Of a stretch of DNA of 64,000 nucleotides, positions 1 through 9,548 are shown in pieces (position 1 is the first letter of the stretch; every line of letters starts with the position of its first letter). The stretch lies in the NCBI GenBank assembly GCA_965202985.1, contig CBDBCF010000002.1, positions 736,001-800,000 on the forward strand, read 5' to 3'. Below the pieces are notes generated by a model, which searched no databases, was not told where the DNA came from, and worked only from the letters and a program-made list of their open reading frames with translations. Position numbers and translations under genes: made by a program. Source of the DNA: Longimicrobiales bacterium (GTDB taxonomy: Bacteria > Gemmatimonadota > Gemmatimonadetes > Longimicrobiales > Gaopeijiaceae).

Positions 1-115
1 TGCTGACCGACTTCCACAACGTGCACGACCTCACTCCCCTGGGCGACATCACGGGAGACGCCCAAGTCGTCAACTTTCCGGGACGCCGGGACCTCGCTAT
101 GTTCTCAATCCGTAG
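1..115 (+). CDS. 3' end (partial) of an arylsulfotransferase-like gene, paralog of 763..2152; apparent 1-bp deletion near 70-82
   Basis: Translates LTDFHNVHDLTPLGDITGDA then, after a frame change, TPGPRYVLNP-stop (TAG 113-115). This matches LTEFTNVHDLTLLGDLAGDAPVVQLRATPGPRYVLDP at the end of ORF 1841..2152. Confidence 0.75.
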   Translation, partial: ADRLPQRARPHSPGRHHGRRPSRQLSGTPGPRYVLNP

Positions 116-162
116 TAGCCGCCTTCGCAAAGAGTCCACCCCGTCACCCACGAGATCGGCGA

Positions 163-711
163 ATGACCCTTGACACCCACCACACCCCGCTTCACGCCTC
201 CGCCGTCCTCCACGACCCCACCTCCGAAGCGACCCCTTCCGCGCGACCCCGCATGTCGCCGCCGGCCCAGCTGCACGGCAAGACCGTCGGCCTCTTCGAC
301 CTGGGCAAGTCCCGCTCCGCCGAGTTCCTGGATCACCTCCAAGCCCGGCTGGACGCCCGTGGGCTGGCCACGCGCCGCTTCGCCAAGCCCACCAACGCCA
401 AGCCGGCCACCGCCGCCGTCCTGTCCGAACTCGCCGCCCGCGCCGACGTGGTCGTCGAAGCGCTGGCCGATTGAGGGTCGTGCACATCATGCGGTCTGCA
501 TGACATCGAAGCCCTGGACCGGCTGGGCGTGCCCGGCGTGCTGGTGGCCACCACCGCATTCCGAGACGCGGCGCAACACCAAGCCCGTGCGCTCGGGTTC
601 CAACCCGCCATGGTGTGGGTGCCCCACCCGGTCCAGAACCGCACCGACGCCGAGCTGGAGGCGTTGGCGGATGCGGCGGTGGAGCCGGTCCTGGCCGCAC
701 TGCGACGTTGA
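163..711 (+). CDS. UGSC-family selenoprotein (182 aa, Sec at TGA 472-474)
   Basis: ORFs 163..474 and 529..711 are in the same frame. Reading through TGA gives VVEALAD-U-GSCTSCGLHD...VPHP, the UGSC motif, and a SECIS-like hairpin follows the TGA. Confidence 0.88.
475..503 (+). promoter_or_regulatory. Bacterial SECIS element (selenocysteine insertion hairpin)
   Basis: Stem TCATGC (487-492) pairs with GCATGA (498-503) around loop GGTCT (493-497). The loop begins after an 18-nt spacer from the UGA, the same spacing and GGUC loop as the E. coli fdhF SECIS. Confidence 0.8.
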
Positions 712-762
712 CCGCGTAGGCCCCTGAGATCGCCTCCGAAACGACTGCGACGCCACGCACCT

Positions 763-2152
763 GTGGCCTTGTTTGCAATGGCGCTGGCCGTGGTCGTGTT
801 CTTGGGCGGCGTGCAGGTCGGGCGAACGAAGGTATTTCCTTACGAACTGCTGCAATCCGCCAGGAGGACGGCCCTAACCCTCTACGACAAGTACTGGCCG
901 GGCGGGCCGCCGTACCTTCAGGACGCGGTCCTCGTCGACTTGCCTCCCAGCGACGTGGGGGCAGCGCGCATCGCGTTTCACAGCCCAAACGAACTGGTCG
1001 ACCGCATCGTCTTTCCGGGAGGCGTCGCGCGATTCGCCGAACTGTGTCCGGGACATCCGGGGTGCATCGCCGTCGAGTACGTCGGCCAAGGCCAAGTCGC
1101 GCGAGCCTACCCCTATCGCCCGCGCCAGATCGAGGAGGCGACGATCGTGGACCTGCCGTACGAGCACATTCTCGACTTCCGGCTGATCGACGACGCCTAC
1201 GTCTTCGCCGTGGACACGTACCCCAACGGGGACCTGCTGGTAGTCTTCCACTTCCGCTTGGTCTTTCCCTACGGCGGGGGCGTTGCGCGGGTCCGCCCCG
1301 ACGGCACGCCGGCTTGGTATCGGCGAGACTACAGTCGTCACGAGCCCCACATCGCGGCCGACGACGCAGCCTGGGTTCCCGGCTTGCGCATCGGCAAAGG
1401 CCCGCTTCGGGTGCACTACGAGGCCCCCAAGGAGAACCTTGGCTTCGAGCTGTCTGCGGCAAGCCGTACCTCGATTCCATTCGCAGGATCGGGCCCGACG
1501 GGGAGCTTCTGGAGGAGATTCCGATCTTCGAGAAGCTGGCCGTTTCCCGCTATCGATTCTTGCTACGAGACACCGAAGATCCGTGCGACCCGATTCACCT
1601 GAATTCGGTGCACGAGCTGGGGCCCGACGCGACGGGGCCGTCGGGCATCCGTCCGGGCGACCTCGTGGTGTCACTCAGGAACCTGCACGCCTTCGCCGTG
1701 CTCGACCGGGACGATTTTGATGTCAAGGCGCTCGCGCGGGGAACCTTCAACGGGCAGCATTCGGTCAAACACCTGACGGGCTCCCGGTTTCTCGTGTTCG
1801 ACAACTGGGGGTCGAAGCGGACCGAGACGGCCCCTCGCGAGTGCTGACGATCGACTTGGCCGACGGAAGCGAGACGACCATCTTTCCTCCCGCCACCTCG
1901 GCGCCCGGCGGCCTCCGTCTTGGAAGCGACCTCTTTGCGGACCGGCACGGCCTCTTGTCCATCTCGCCGGACCGGCAAAGGCTGATCGCCACCTTCGACT
2001 CGAAGGCCCTGGAGATCGAGATCGCCACCGGCAAGGTGCTGACCGAATTCACCAACGTGCACGACCTGACTTTGTTGGGCGACCTTGCGGGCGACGCACC
2101 AGTCGTCCAGTTGCGGGCAACGCCGGGGCCTCGCTACGTGCTCGACCCGTAA
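763..2152 (+). pseudogene. Arylsulfotransferase (ASST)-like exported beta-propeller protein with two frameshifts (~1450, ~1815); pseudogene or assembly indels
   Basis: N-terminal TM/signal segment. Motifs HLNSV, VVSLRN, GQH and LVFDN are distributed across ORFs 763..1602, 1044..1847 and 1841..2152, each joined by a 1-nt shift. Confidence 0.75.
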
Positions 2153-2227
2153 GCCGCTGGCGCGCCGGGGAAGGATCACGTCGTCGAATTCTTTCTGCCG
2201 GTCGTCAGCTGCGTTCGCAGTCCGTAG

Positions 2228-3994
2228 TCAGCGGAAGACGATCTCCCAGAGCAGAACCGCTAGCACCACGACGGTGAGAGGCGCGCCCAAGCGCAAGTAG
2301 TCGCTGAACTTGTAGCCACCGGGGCCGTACACCATGAGGTTGGTCTGGTAGCTGACGGGCGTCATGAACGAGGCCGACGCCGAGAGGGCCACGGCCACCG
2401 CGGCGGACCGGGCGTCAATGCCGAAGTCGGCGGCGGTGGAGAGCGCGATCGGCAACACCAGCGCCGCGGCCGCGTTGTTGGTGATGATCGAACTGAGGCC
2501 GACCGTGGCCAGGACGATCCCCGCCAGCGTGCCGGCCGCGCCGAAGCGGCCGAAGCCCACGGCCAGCAGCTCCGCGGCGGCGTGGCCCAGCCCCGAAGTC
2601 TCAACGGCCGCGGCTAGGCCGAACGCGGCGCCGATCACCACGATCACGTCGAAGTCGATGGAGTCGCGCGCCTCGCCGGGCGACAGTATGCCAAGACCGA
2701 TGATGGCCAGGGCGCCGATCAGCGACAGGTGCAGGATCGGCAGCACGCCAAACCCCGCGCCCAGGACGATCGCCGCCGCCAGCGCCAGCACCGTCGTCGC
2801 CTTGGGCGTGAAGCGGGGCGACGGCGAAGCTTCGCCCAGACGGGGCACCACCAGGAAGTCGTTGCGGTCGCGCCAGCGGCGTCCGAAGTCCTCGTCGGAG
2901 ACAAGGAGCAGGGTGTCGCCGGGCTTCAGGGGCACCCGCGCCAACCGGCCCCGGATCGGCTCGCCGGCCCGGTGGATCGCCACCACCGCCGCTTGGTAGC
3001 GCCTCAGGAACTTGGACGTGACCAGGGAACGGCCCACCAGCGGCGACTCCGGCGCGACGACGGCTTCGAAGCGGTGTTGGGGACCGCCGAGCTCCGCCGG
3101 CAGATGGGGCTCCTGGGCCGACGCCAGACCCGGCAGGTCGTGGAGCTCGATCACCTTGTCGGCGCCGACGACGAACGTCAGGTGGTCGTCGCCCTTGAGC
3201 GTCGTGGCGGGAGACACGTGCTCCACCGTCTCGCCGCCTCTTTCCCGGGCCACAAGGACCAAGCCCTTCAAAAAGCCCAGGTCGGCGTCGCCCACCGTTG
3301 CGCCATCCAGCGGCCCGCCGGCCTCCACTCGCATCCGCACCGAGAACCCGCGCTCGCCTTGGCCGGCGTCCCGGCGCGGGGATCGGCGGTCGGGAAGCAG
3401 CTTCGGCGCCAGCAGAATGGTCAGGCCCAGTCCGATCACCGCCACCGGAAGCGCGATCCTCGTGAGTTCGAACATGGCGAAGGGTTCGTACCCTTCCTCC
3501 TGCAACAAGCCCGACACGACCAGATTCGTGGACGTGCCGATGAGTGTGGTCATGCCGCCCAGGATCGCCGCGAACGACAGCGGCATCAGGTACCGCGACG
3601 GCGAGTGCCCGCGCTTGTCCGCCCACTCGCCGACCTGGGGCGACAGCATGGCCACGATGGGCGTGTTGTTGAGGAACGCCGACGCCGCCGCGACGGGAGC
3701 CGTGAGCCGCGCCAGCGAGCGGCGCACGTGGCTGCCGCCCCCCAGCGTGGCGTAGACCAGAGGCTGGAGAGCGCCGCTCTGCTCCACGGCCCTGGCCAGC
3801 ACGTAGAGCGCCGCCACCGTGATCGGCGCCGGGTTCGAGAACCCCTGGAACGCCTGGTCCGGCGTCACGACGCCCGCCACGAGGAGGGCCACCACGGCGC
3901 CCGTGAACGCCACTGCCGGCGAGATCCAGTCGCGGGCCAGGACCACCACGGCCCCAACCACGACCGCCAAGGTGAGCCAAGCGTCTCCGCTCAT
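2228..3994 (-). CDS. SLC13/DASS-type anion (sulfate/dicarboxylate) transporter with TrkA-C domains
   Basis: Multiple TM segments; SAFLNNTP, GGMTTLIGTSTNL and SFMTPVSYQTNLMVYGPGGYKFSDY motifs; central TrkA-C-like region. Confidence 0.9.
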   Translation of the reverse strand: MSGDAWLTLAVVVGAVVVLARDWISPAVAFTGAVVALLVAGVVTPDQAFQGFSNPAPITVAALYVLARAVEQSGALQPLVYATLGGGSHVRRSLARLTAPVAAASAFLNNTPIVAMLSPQVGEWADKRGHSPSRYLMPLSFAAILGGMTTLIGTSTNLVVSGLLQEEGYEPFAMFELTRIALPVAVIGLGLTILLAPKLLPDRRSPRRDAGQGERGFSVRMRVEAGGPLDGATVGDADLGFLKGLVLVARERGGETVEHVSPATTLKGDDHLTFVVGADKVIELHDLPGLASAQEPHLPAELGGPQHRFEAVVAPESPLVGRSLVTSKFLRRYQAAVVAIHRAGEPIRGRLARVPLKPGDTLLLVSDEDFGRRWRDRNDFLVVPRLGEASPSPRFTPKATTVLALAAAIVLGAGFGVLPILHLSLIGALAIIGLGILSPGEARDSIDFDVIVVIGAAFGLAAAVETSGLGHAAAELLAVGFGRFGAAGTLAGIVLATVGLSSIITNNAAAALVLPIALSTAADFGIDARSAAVAVALSASASFMTPVSYQTNLMVYGPGGYKFSDYLRLGAPLTVVVLAVLLWEIVFR

Positions 3995-4027
3995 GATCGA
4001 ACGCGCCGCGCGCCGTCGGGCACGGGG

Positions 4028-4642
4028 TCAGCTTCGGTCGTAGGCCAGGGTCAGGGCTTGCTCGGTTGCCGCCGCGGCCACGTTTCGGCTCATGATCAGC
4101 CGGTCGCCCACGACCTCCAGCATCTCTCGGACCTTGCCCCCGCCTACGATCTGGTGTTCGAGCGTCAAGATGCGACCGGTCCACATGGCCTTGGTGCGGA
4201 CCCGACTCTCCCCTTCCCGGCTCTCCGTCTCGCTGCCGTCCAACGGAACCCGGAGGGCCATTCCCGGCACCGGCAGATACGCCAGCGCCCCTTCTTCGAC
4301 GCGCAGGACCAGCGCGGAAGGCCGCCTGCGCAGGACCTCGACCGTGGCTCGCGCTTCCTTCACCGACATCCGCCGCGACTGCGCGATGCGACGATACCGC
4401 CGCATCTGCCGGCTCTCGTTGCGGGTGATGTCCTCGAACGGCGTGTCGTCGGGCACACCTTCCAGATGATTGGGGATCTGCGGCGTGCTGCTCGCTTCGT
4501 CCAAGGTCCAGCGACCCGCGTAGGCGTCGAGCACCGCGGCCGGGTCGGCGTCCGCGGAATCGAGGGCGGGTCCGCCCCCCGAGGCGCAGCCGGCCTGGAC
4601 CAGCGCCAGCGTCGCGCCAAGCAGAGGCAGAGAACGGATCAG
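4028..4642 (-). CDS. Hypothetical lipoprotein (start uncertain, probably CTG at 4642)
   Basis: Lipobox-like LALVQAGC after a hydrophobic stretch, then a beta-rich body (GRWTLDE...LTLAYDR). The upstream part of ORF 4028..5092 overlaps the holin-like gene. Confidence 0.6.
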   Translation of the reverse strand: MIRSLPLLGATLALVQAGCASGGGPALDSADADPAAVLDAYAGRWTLDEASSTPQIPNHLEGVPDDTPFEDITRNESRQMRRYRRIAQSRRMSVKEARATVEVLRRRPSALVLRVEEGALAYLPVPGMALRVPLDGSETESREGESRVRTKAMWTGRILTLEHQIVGGGKVREMLEVVGDRLIMSRNVAAAATEQALTLAYDRS

Positions 4643-4977
4643 CGCGGCACGAAGAACCCGACCAGGTAGTTCATGACGCCCAGTGCGAGTGCGCCGAAGA
4701 GGGCGGCCTTGAAGCCGTCGATCCGGAAGCCCCGGACCATCCTGGCCACCAGCATGAGCACCGCCGCGCTCACCACCACGCCGAAGAGCCCCAGCGTCAG
4801 CAGGGTCAGCGGAAGGGCGACGAAGTCGAGCACGGGGCGGATCAGCCAGTTGGCCAAGCCCAGCACGACGGCGCCCAGGACCGCCGCCTTCGCGTCGCGG
4901 ACCTCGAACCCGTCCACCAGCTTGCCGGTGACGTACAGCAGCGCCGCGCTGACCAGAATATGGATCAAGATTGCCAT
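4639..4977 (-). CDS. Phage holin family 4 / YvlD-like 4-TM membrane protein
   Basis: 112-aa hydrophobic protein with GLANWLIRPVL...LPLTLLTLGLF...GFRIDGF pattern. Confidence 0.85.
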   Translation of the reverse strand: MAILIHILVSAALLYVTGKLVDGFEVRDAKAAVLGAVVLGLANWLIRPVLDFVALPLTLLTLGLFGVVVSAAVLMLVARMVRGFRIDGFKAALFGALALGVMNYLVGFFVPR

Positions 4978-5088
4978 GGGGACCTTTCCTGTTGAACGGT
5001 GACTTCCCGTCGCGGGCGGGCGCGCCGCCCACGGGACTCCACTGCATGAAGACGGATTTCCGCCGGTCGGGGTTTCCGGGCCGGGGCG

Positions 5089-7599
5089 TCACGGAATCAG
5101 GTTCCTCCGCGCCGTGTTGCGCACCAGGAACAGGCCGTCGCCGGTGCTGGTCACCACCACGATCCCGCTCTCGAAGTACGGGTAGTTGCTCCAGGACGCG
5201 CCGCCTTCGTACGGGGTCGTGTCGAAGTAGGCGATCTCGACCGGGTCCACCGGGTTCGAGATGTCCAGGATGCGCAGGCCCGCGCCGTAGTTGGACTGGT
5301 ACATCAGGTCGCCCACGATGTAGAGGTTGTGGTCGGTGTCCGGCGTCTGGGCGATGTACTCCTTGACCAGGATCGGTTCATCCAAGTCCGCCACGTCCCA
5401 CACCAGCGTTCGCGTGCCTTCGACCAGCCCTTGGGGCTCGTCGCCCTCGTCGTTCATGTAGAAGTAGCGATGGTCTTCCGTGAGCCAGCCCTGGTGGGCG
5501 TAGACGACGCTGGGGTAGTCTTCGGCGGCCAGGGCCACCGGCGCGTCCTTGTCGGTCACGTCGGCGATGCTCAGCGCCGTCTCGTTGGAGCCGATACAGA
5601 TCTCCTTGCCTTGGTGCTCCTGGTCCGGGCCGTGATAGATCACGCACTGCGCGTCGTGCGAGTACCCGGTGCGGCGTCGGCCCGTGGTCTCGTCGAAGAA
5701 GCATCCGGCGAAGGCGGGTCGCGAGGGATCGTCCAGGCTCAGCATGTGGAGCCCGCCGCCGCACGTCTCGCCGCCTCCGCTGCTGCCCACGGCGTAGGCG
5801 AAGCCCGTCTGCTCGTTGACCACGATGTTGTGCGCGCTGTGGATGCCCGGGTAGGTGTAATCGGGCTCGAAGACGGCGTCCGCACCGCCTTCGGCGCGCA
5901 GCCGGCGCAGGTCGAAGACTTGCACGCCGTGCTCCCCCGCCCCGTCGGCCACGATGTAGGCGTGGTCCCGATAGACCTTCATGTCGCGCCAAACGCTGGA
6001 CCGCGAGCCCGGCGTCTTGGGCAGGTTCCCCAGCATGGCCGGGTTGTAGGAGTCGGTCACATCCACGAACGCCGTGCCGTCGGTGCGACCCACGATCGCG
6101 ATCTCGCGACCCGTTTCCGAATCCGTCCAGCCCCAGACGTCGTTGAGCCGCGCGCCGCGACCACCCGCCATGTCCTTGATCGGCAGGAACGAGATGATGT
6201 CCACGTTGTCGCACTCGTAGCCCGCAGCGTCGTTGTCGGCGCACGGGATGTCGCGCTCCATGCCGGCGATCGCGGGAAGCCCCCGGTGCTCGCCGATCAC
6301 CAAGTCGCCGGCTCCCCAGCCGCCGTCCGCGCTCCGCGCCATGATCACCGCGCCACCTGCTCTGCTGTCGATGCCGCCGGCGCCGGCCACGGCCACATCG
6401 CCGGCCACCGCCACCGCGCTGCCGAACCCCGCCCTCTCGGGCAAGCTCGGACGCGCCGCCTTCGCAACGGCTGCCCAGCCCGCGGCGCCGTCGTTCGCCC
6501 CCGCCGGGGACATCGCGAACCGGTACAGGGCGCCGTCGCCCCCGGGCGCGCCCACCCACAGACCTGCCCCGTCAAAGGCGACCGCGGACCCGAACGAGGC
6601 GCGAGCGCCCCCGTCGAAGGCGGAAAGCGCACCCGCCGACGACCATTCCCGGGCGCCGGAGTCGTCCACGGCGCCGAAGCGGAAGACGAAGACCCGGCCC
6701 TGGGCTCCCTCGGCTCCCGGCGCCCCTACGACCGCCAGTCCGTCCCGGACGGCCAAGCCGGCGCCGTAGCTGCTTCGCGGCTCCAATGCCCCCGGCGCGT
6801 CCAACGTGCCCTCGGGGACCAGAGTCGCCCCGGCCCCGGCATCGGCGTCCACGCGCAGGGCGTGCACTTCGGCCAGCGCATCGCGTCCGCCGGCGGTGGC
6901 CACCAGGGCCGTCGACCCGCCCAGAGCCACGGCCGCGCCGAAGCCCGAGGGCCGCGCGTCGTCGTCCGCCGAAGGTCCGGCGCTGGGCTGGTAACGGCCG
7001 CGCACGGTCCACTCCCCCGCCCCGCCGTTCTCCGCCGCGAACAGGTAGACGGCCCCGGCTCCGTCGCTCTCGCCGGGCGCCGAAACCAGTGCGCTCCCGC
7101 CGCTCAACGCGACAGCCGCGCCGAACTCCGCGCCCGCCTCCAACCCACCGGGATCGAGGCGCGCGACTTCCTGCCACTGACCGTCGGCGTTTGGCCGGAA
7201 CAGGATCGCGGCCCCCCTGCCCTCGTACTTGGGCGCCCCGGCCAGGACCAAGTCGCCGTCCGCCGCCAGCGACCGCCCGAAGCCGTCGGGCGGACCCGGA
7301 ATGGACGACACTGCCAAGCGCCCCGTCTCGCGCCATCCGTCCGACGACGCGCCGTAGACATAGACGACTCCGGGCAACGACACGTTCCGCGCCTCGCCGA
7401 CCAGGACGTGTCCGCCGCTCACCGCCAAGCTGCCGCCGAAGTCCTGCGCAGTTGCAGGGGCGACCGCCGCCCAAGCGCAGATCGGCGCGAAGAGAAGCGC
7501 CAGCGCCAGGGTGCGCGCCTGCTCCGGTGCGCCCCGAGCCGACATCCTGTTCCTGCTGGGCGGGCGGGTGCTCGCCGTCGTCGTCTTTGTCGTCGCCAT
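5089..7599 (-). CDS. Secreted choice-of-anchor B domain protein with FG-GAP repeats
   Basis: RBS AAGGAG before ATG 7599; signal peptide; repeated FG.A/SVA...GAP units; C-terminal NDVWGWTD, WRDMKVY, HDAQC, HQGWLT and WSNYPYF motifs. Confidence 0.85.
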   Translation of the reverse strand: MATTKTTTASTRPPSRNRMSARGAPEQARTLALALLFAPICAWAAVAPATAQDFGGSLAVSGGHVLVGEARNVSLPGVVYVYGASSDGWRETGRLAVSSIPGPPDGFGRSLAADGDLVLAGAPKYEGRGAAILFRPNADGQWQEVARLDPGGLEAGAEFGAAVALSGGSALVSAPGESDGAGAVYLFAAENGGAGEWTVRGRYQPSAGPSADDDARPSGFGAAVALGGSTALVATAGGRDALAEVHALRVDADAGAGATLVPEGTLDAPGALEPRSSYGAGLAVRDGLAVVGAPGAEGAQGRVFVFRFGAVDDSGAREWSSAGALSAFDGGARASFGSAVAFDGAGLWVGAPGGDGALYRFAMSPAGANDGAAGWAAVAKAARPSLPERAGFGSAVAVAGDVAVAGAGGIDSRAGGAVIMARSADGGWGAGDLVIGEHRGLPAIAGMERDIPCADNDAAGYECDNVDIISFLPIKDMAGGRGARLNDVWGWTDSETGREIAIVGRTDGTAFVDVTDSYNPAMLGNLPKTPGSRSSVWRDMKVYRDHAYIVADGAGEHGVQVFDLRRLRAEGGADAVFEPDYTYPGIHSAHNIVVNEQTGFAYAVGSSGGGETCGGGLHMLSLDDPSRPAFAGCFFDETTGRRRTGYSHDAQCVIYHGPDQEHQGKEICIGSNETALSIADVTDKDAPVALAAEDYPSVVYAHQGWLTEDHRYFYMNDEGDEPQGLVEGTRTLVWDVADLDEPILVKEYIAQTPDTDHNLYIVGDLMYQSNYGAGLRILDISNPVDPVEIAYFDTTPYEGGASWSNYPYFESGIVVVTSTGDGLFLVRNTARRNLIP

Positions 7600-7723
7600 G
7601 TCTCGTCTCCTTCGCTTGGTGTTCGAGCCGTTGCGGGTTCGCGGCTCCAAAGATGGCGACTGCGACAGGAACCGGCCACCGCGGCGTCCCGGTCCGGGTT
7701 GCCCCCGGCGTTCGGGCTCCGGA

Positions 7724-8929
7724 CTACCCCAGCGCCCGGTCCAGGTCGCGGCAGATGTCCTTCGGGTCCTCCAGCCCCACGGACATGCGGAAGAACCCGT
7801 CGCCCGCGAACGACGTGTAGCGTTCCAGGGCGGCCCCCTTCAGTCGAAACGACGACTCCATGAGCGAAGTCGTGTCCATCCAGAAGATCAGGCTTCGGTG
7901 GTGGCCCAGGGAGACGGCGTGGTGCACGAACTCCAGCCCTTCGGCCATCCGTCGGGCCGCTTCGAGGCCGTTTCGGGCGCGGAACGCCAGCATGGCGGAA
8001 AAGTTGCGCATCTGCCGTCGAGCCAAGTCGTGCTGGGGGTGCGACTGCAGGCCCGGGTAGTAGACGCGCTCGACCTGGGAGTGGCCCTCCAGGAAGCGCG
8101 CCACGGCCAGGGCGTTCTCCTGATGCGCGTGCATTCGGGCGGGGAGCGTGGCTGCGCCGCGCATGATCAACCAAGCGTTGAAGGGCGACAGGACGCCGCC
8201 GTAGTGCACGCCCGCCTCAATGCGAAGCGCGCCGATCCGTTCGCGGCTGCCCAGGACCGCCCCGCCCACGGCGTCTCCGTGGCCGCCGACGTACTTGGTC
8301 AGCGAGTGCATCACGTAGTCAACGCCCAGTTCCAGCGGCCGCGTGGCCACCGGCGTCGCGAACGTGGAATCGACGGCGACGCGCACGTCGGGCCGGGCGG
8401 ACGCGACCTCCGCCACCGCGGCCAAGTCCGCGAGGCGCACAAGAGGGTTGGCGGGCGTCTCCAGCCAGATCAGCCGCGTGGTCGGGCGGATGGCGGCATC
8501 CACGGCAGCGGGATCGGAGGTGTCGGCAAAGGACACGTCCACGCCGAAGCGGGGCAGCGTGTCACGGGCCAGTTCGGCCACGCCCGCGTAGTTCGTGTCG
8601 TTCATGACCAAGTGGTCGCCGTTCCCCAGCAAAGAGAACATGAGCCCCGAAGCCGCCGCCATCCCCGACCCGAAGCACAAGCAAGCTTCGGCCCCTTCCA
8701 GCGCGCACAGCTTGGCCTCCAGCTGCGCCACCGTGGGGTTGGACCAGCGGGTGTAAAGGAACCCGGAACCGTCGTCCAGATCGTGCGCGGAGAAGCCGCC
8801 CGCCTCGCGCGCCACGAAGGTGGACGACATGACCAGGTTGGGCGTGGACGCGCCGGTGGTCGGGTCGGGCGATTCGCCCGCGTGGACGGCCGCCGTGCGG
8901 AGCGAGGAACGGGTGCGAGAGTCGGTCAT
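7724..8929 (-). CDS. Cys/Met metabolism PLP-dependent enzyme (methionine gamma-lyase/cystathionine gamma-synthase family)
   Basis: YTRWSNPT, SGMAA, ETPANP, DSTFATP and PLP-lysine HSLTKYVGGHGD motifs. Confidence 0.92.
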   Translation of the reverse strand: MTDSRTRSSLRTAAVHAGESPDPTTGASTPNLVMSSTFVAREAGGFSAHDLDDGSGFLYTRWSNPTVAQLEAKLCALEGAEACLCFGSGMAAASGLMFSLLGNGDHLVMNDTNYAGVAELARDTLPRFGVDVSFADTSDPAAVDAAIRPTTRLIWLETPANPLVRLADLAAVAEVASARPDVRVAVDSTFATPVATRPLELGVDYVMHSLTKYVGGHGDAVGGAVLGSRERIGALRIEAGVHYGGVLSPFNAWLIMRGAATLPARMHAHQENALAVARFLEGHSQVERVYYPGLQSHPQHDLARRQMRNFSAMLAFRARNGLEAARRMAEGLEFVHHAVSLGHHRSLIFWMDTTSLMESSFRLKGAALERYTSFAGDGFFRMSVGLEDPKDICRDLDRALG

Positions 8930-8961
8930 GCGGGCGCGCCTATGATCGGAAGCCGCGAGGG

Positions 8962-9519
8962 TTGCCAAGAACGGTGCCGGAAGCTAGCGTTTCGGTCGTG
9001 AACGCGCCTTCGCCAGCCCCGTCCCGCTCGATCGTCGCCGGATTCGTTCTGGTCGCGGCGGCCGTCTTCTGTCTGGCCGCGGCGTGCGGTCCGTCCGCCC
9101 GCGAACGGGCGCGCGTCGTCGCGGCCGTCGATTCCGCCATGCAGGCCTTCCGGCAGGCCAACCTTGACATGGACGCGCAGCGCATCGTCGACCACTTGTG
9201 GCCCGAGTTCTACATGTACCTGGACGGCACTCGGCTGGACTACGCCGAAGTCCGCGCGGACATCCTGTCGTTCATGGGCGACATTCGGTCGCTCCATACC
9301 GATTGGACCGACGTGGAGGTGCTCCCCTTGGGATCGAACAAGGCCATGTCGTCGTTCCGCTTCCAGGATTCCGTCGTCTTGGCGGCCGGCGTACCTGTGC
9401 AGACCGAAGGCCCAACCACGATGCTGTGGGAACGCCGAGGCGCGGACTGGAAGCTGCTCTACACCGACGCCGACCACTACCCCGTCGACCCCGACGACGA
9501 GGACGCCACCAACCCCTGA
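8962..9519 (+). CDS. NTF2/SnoaL-like (DUF4440-type) lipoprotein
   Basis: Lipobox LAAAC; NTF2-like fold ending TMLWERRGADWKLLY. True start may be slightly downstream. Confidence 0.7.
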   Translation: MPRTVPEASVSVVNAPSPAPSRSIVAGFVLVAAAVFCLAAACGPSARERARVVAAVDSAMQAFRQANLDMDAQRIVDHLWPEFYMYLDGTRLDYAEVRADILSFMGDIRSLHTDWTDVEVLPLGSNKAMSSFRFQDSVVLAAGVPVQTEGPTTMLWERRGADWKLLYTDADHYPVDPDDEDATNP

Positions 9520-9548
9520 CGCCGACGCGGGCCAACGGGCACGCGTGG

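Noticed and set aside
163..474. Treating 163..474 and 529..711 as two genes or a nonsense pseudogene
   Set aside because: The TGA falls exactly in the UGSC motif and is followed by a correctly spaced SECIS-like hairpin.
4639..4977. Holin-like gene as evidence of a prophage
   Set aside because: This 4-TM family is commonly chromosomal, and no phage structural, lysis or integrase genes are nearby.
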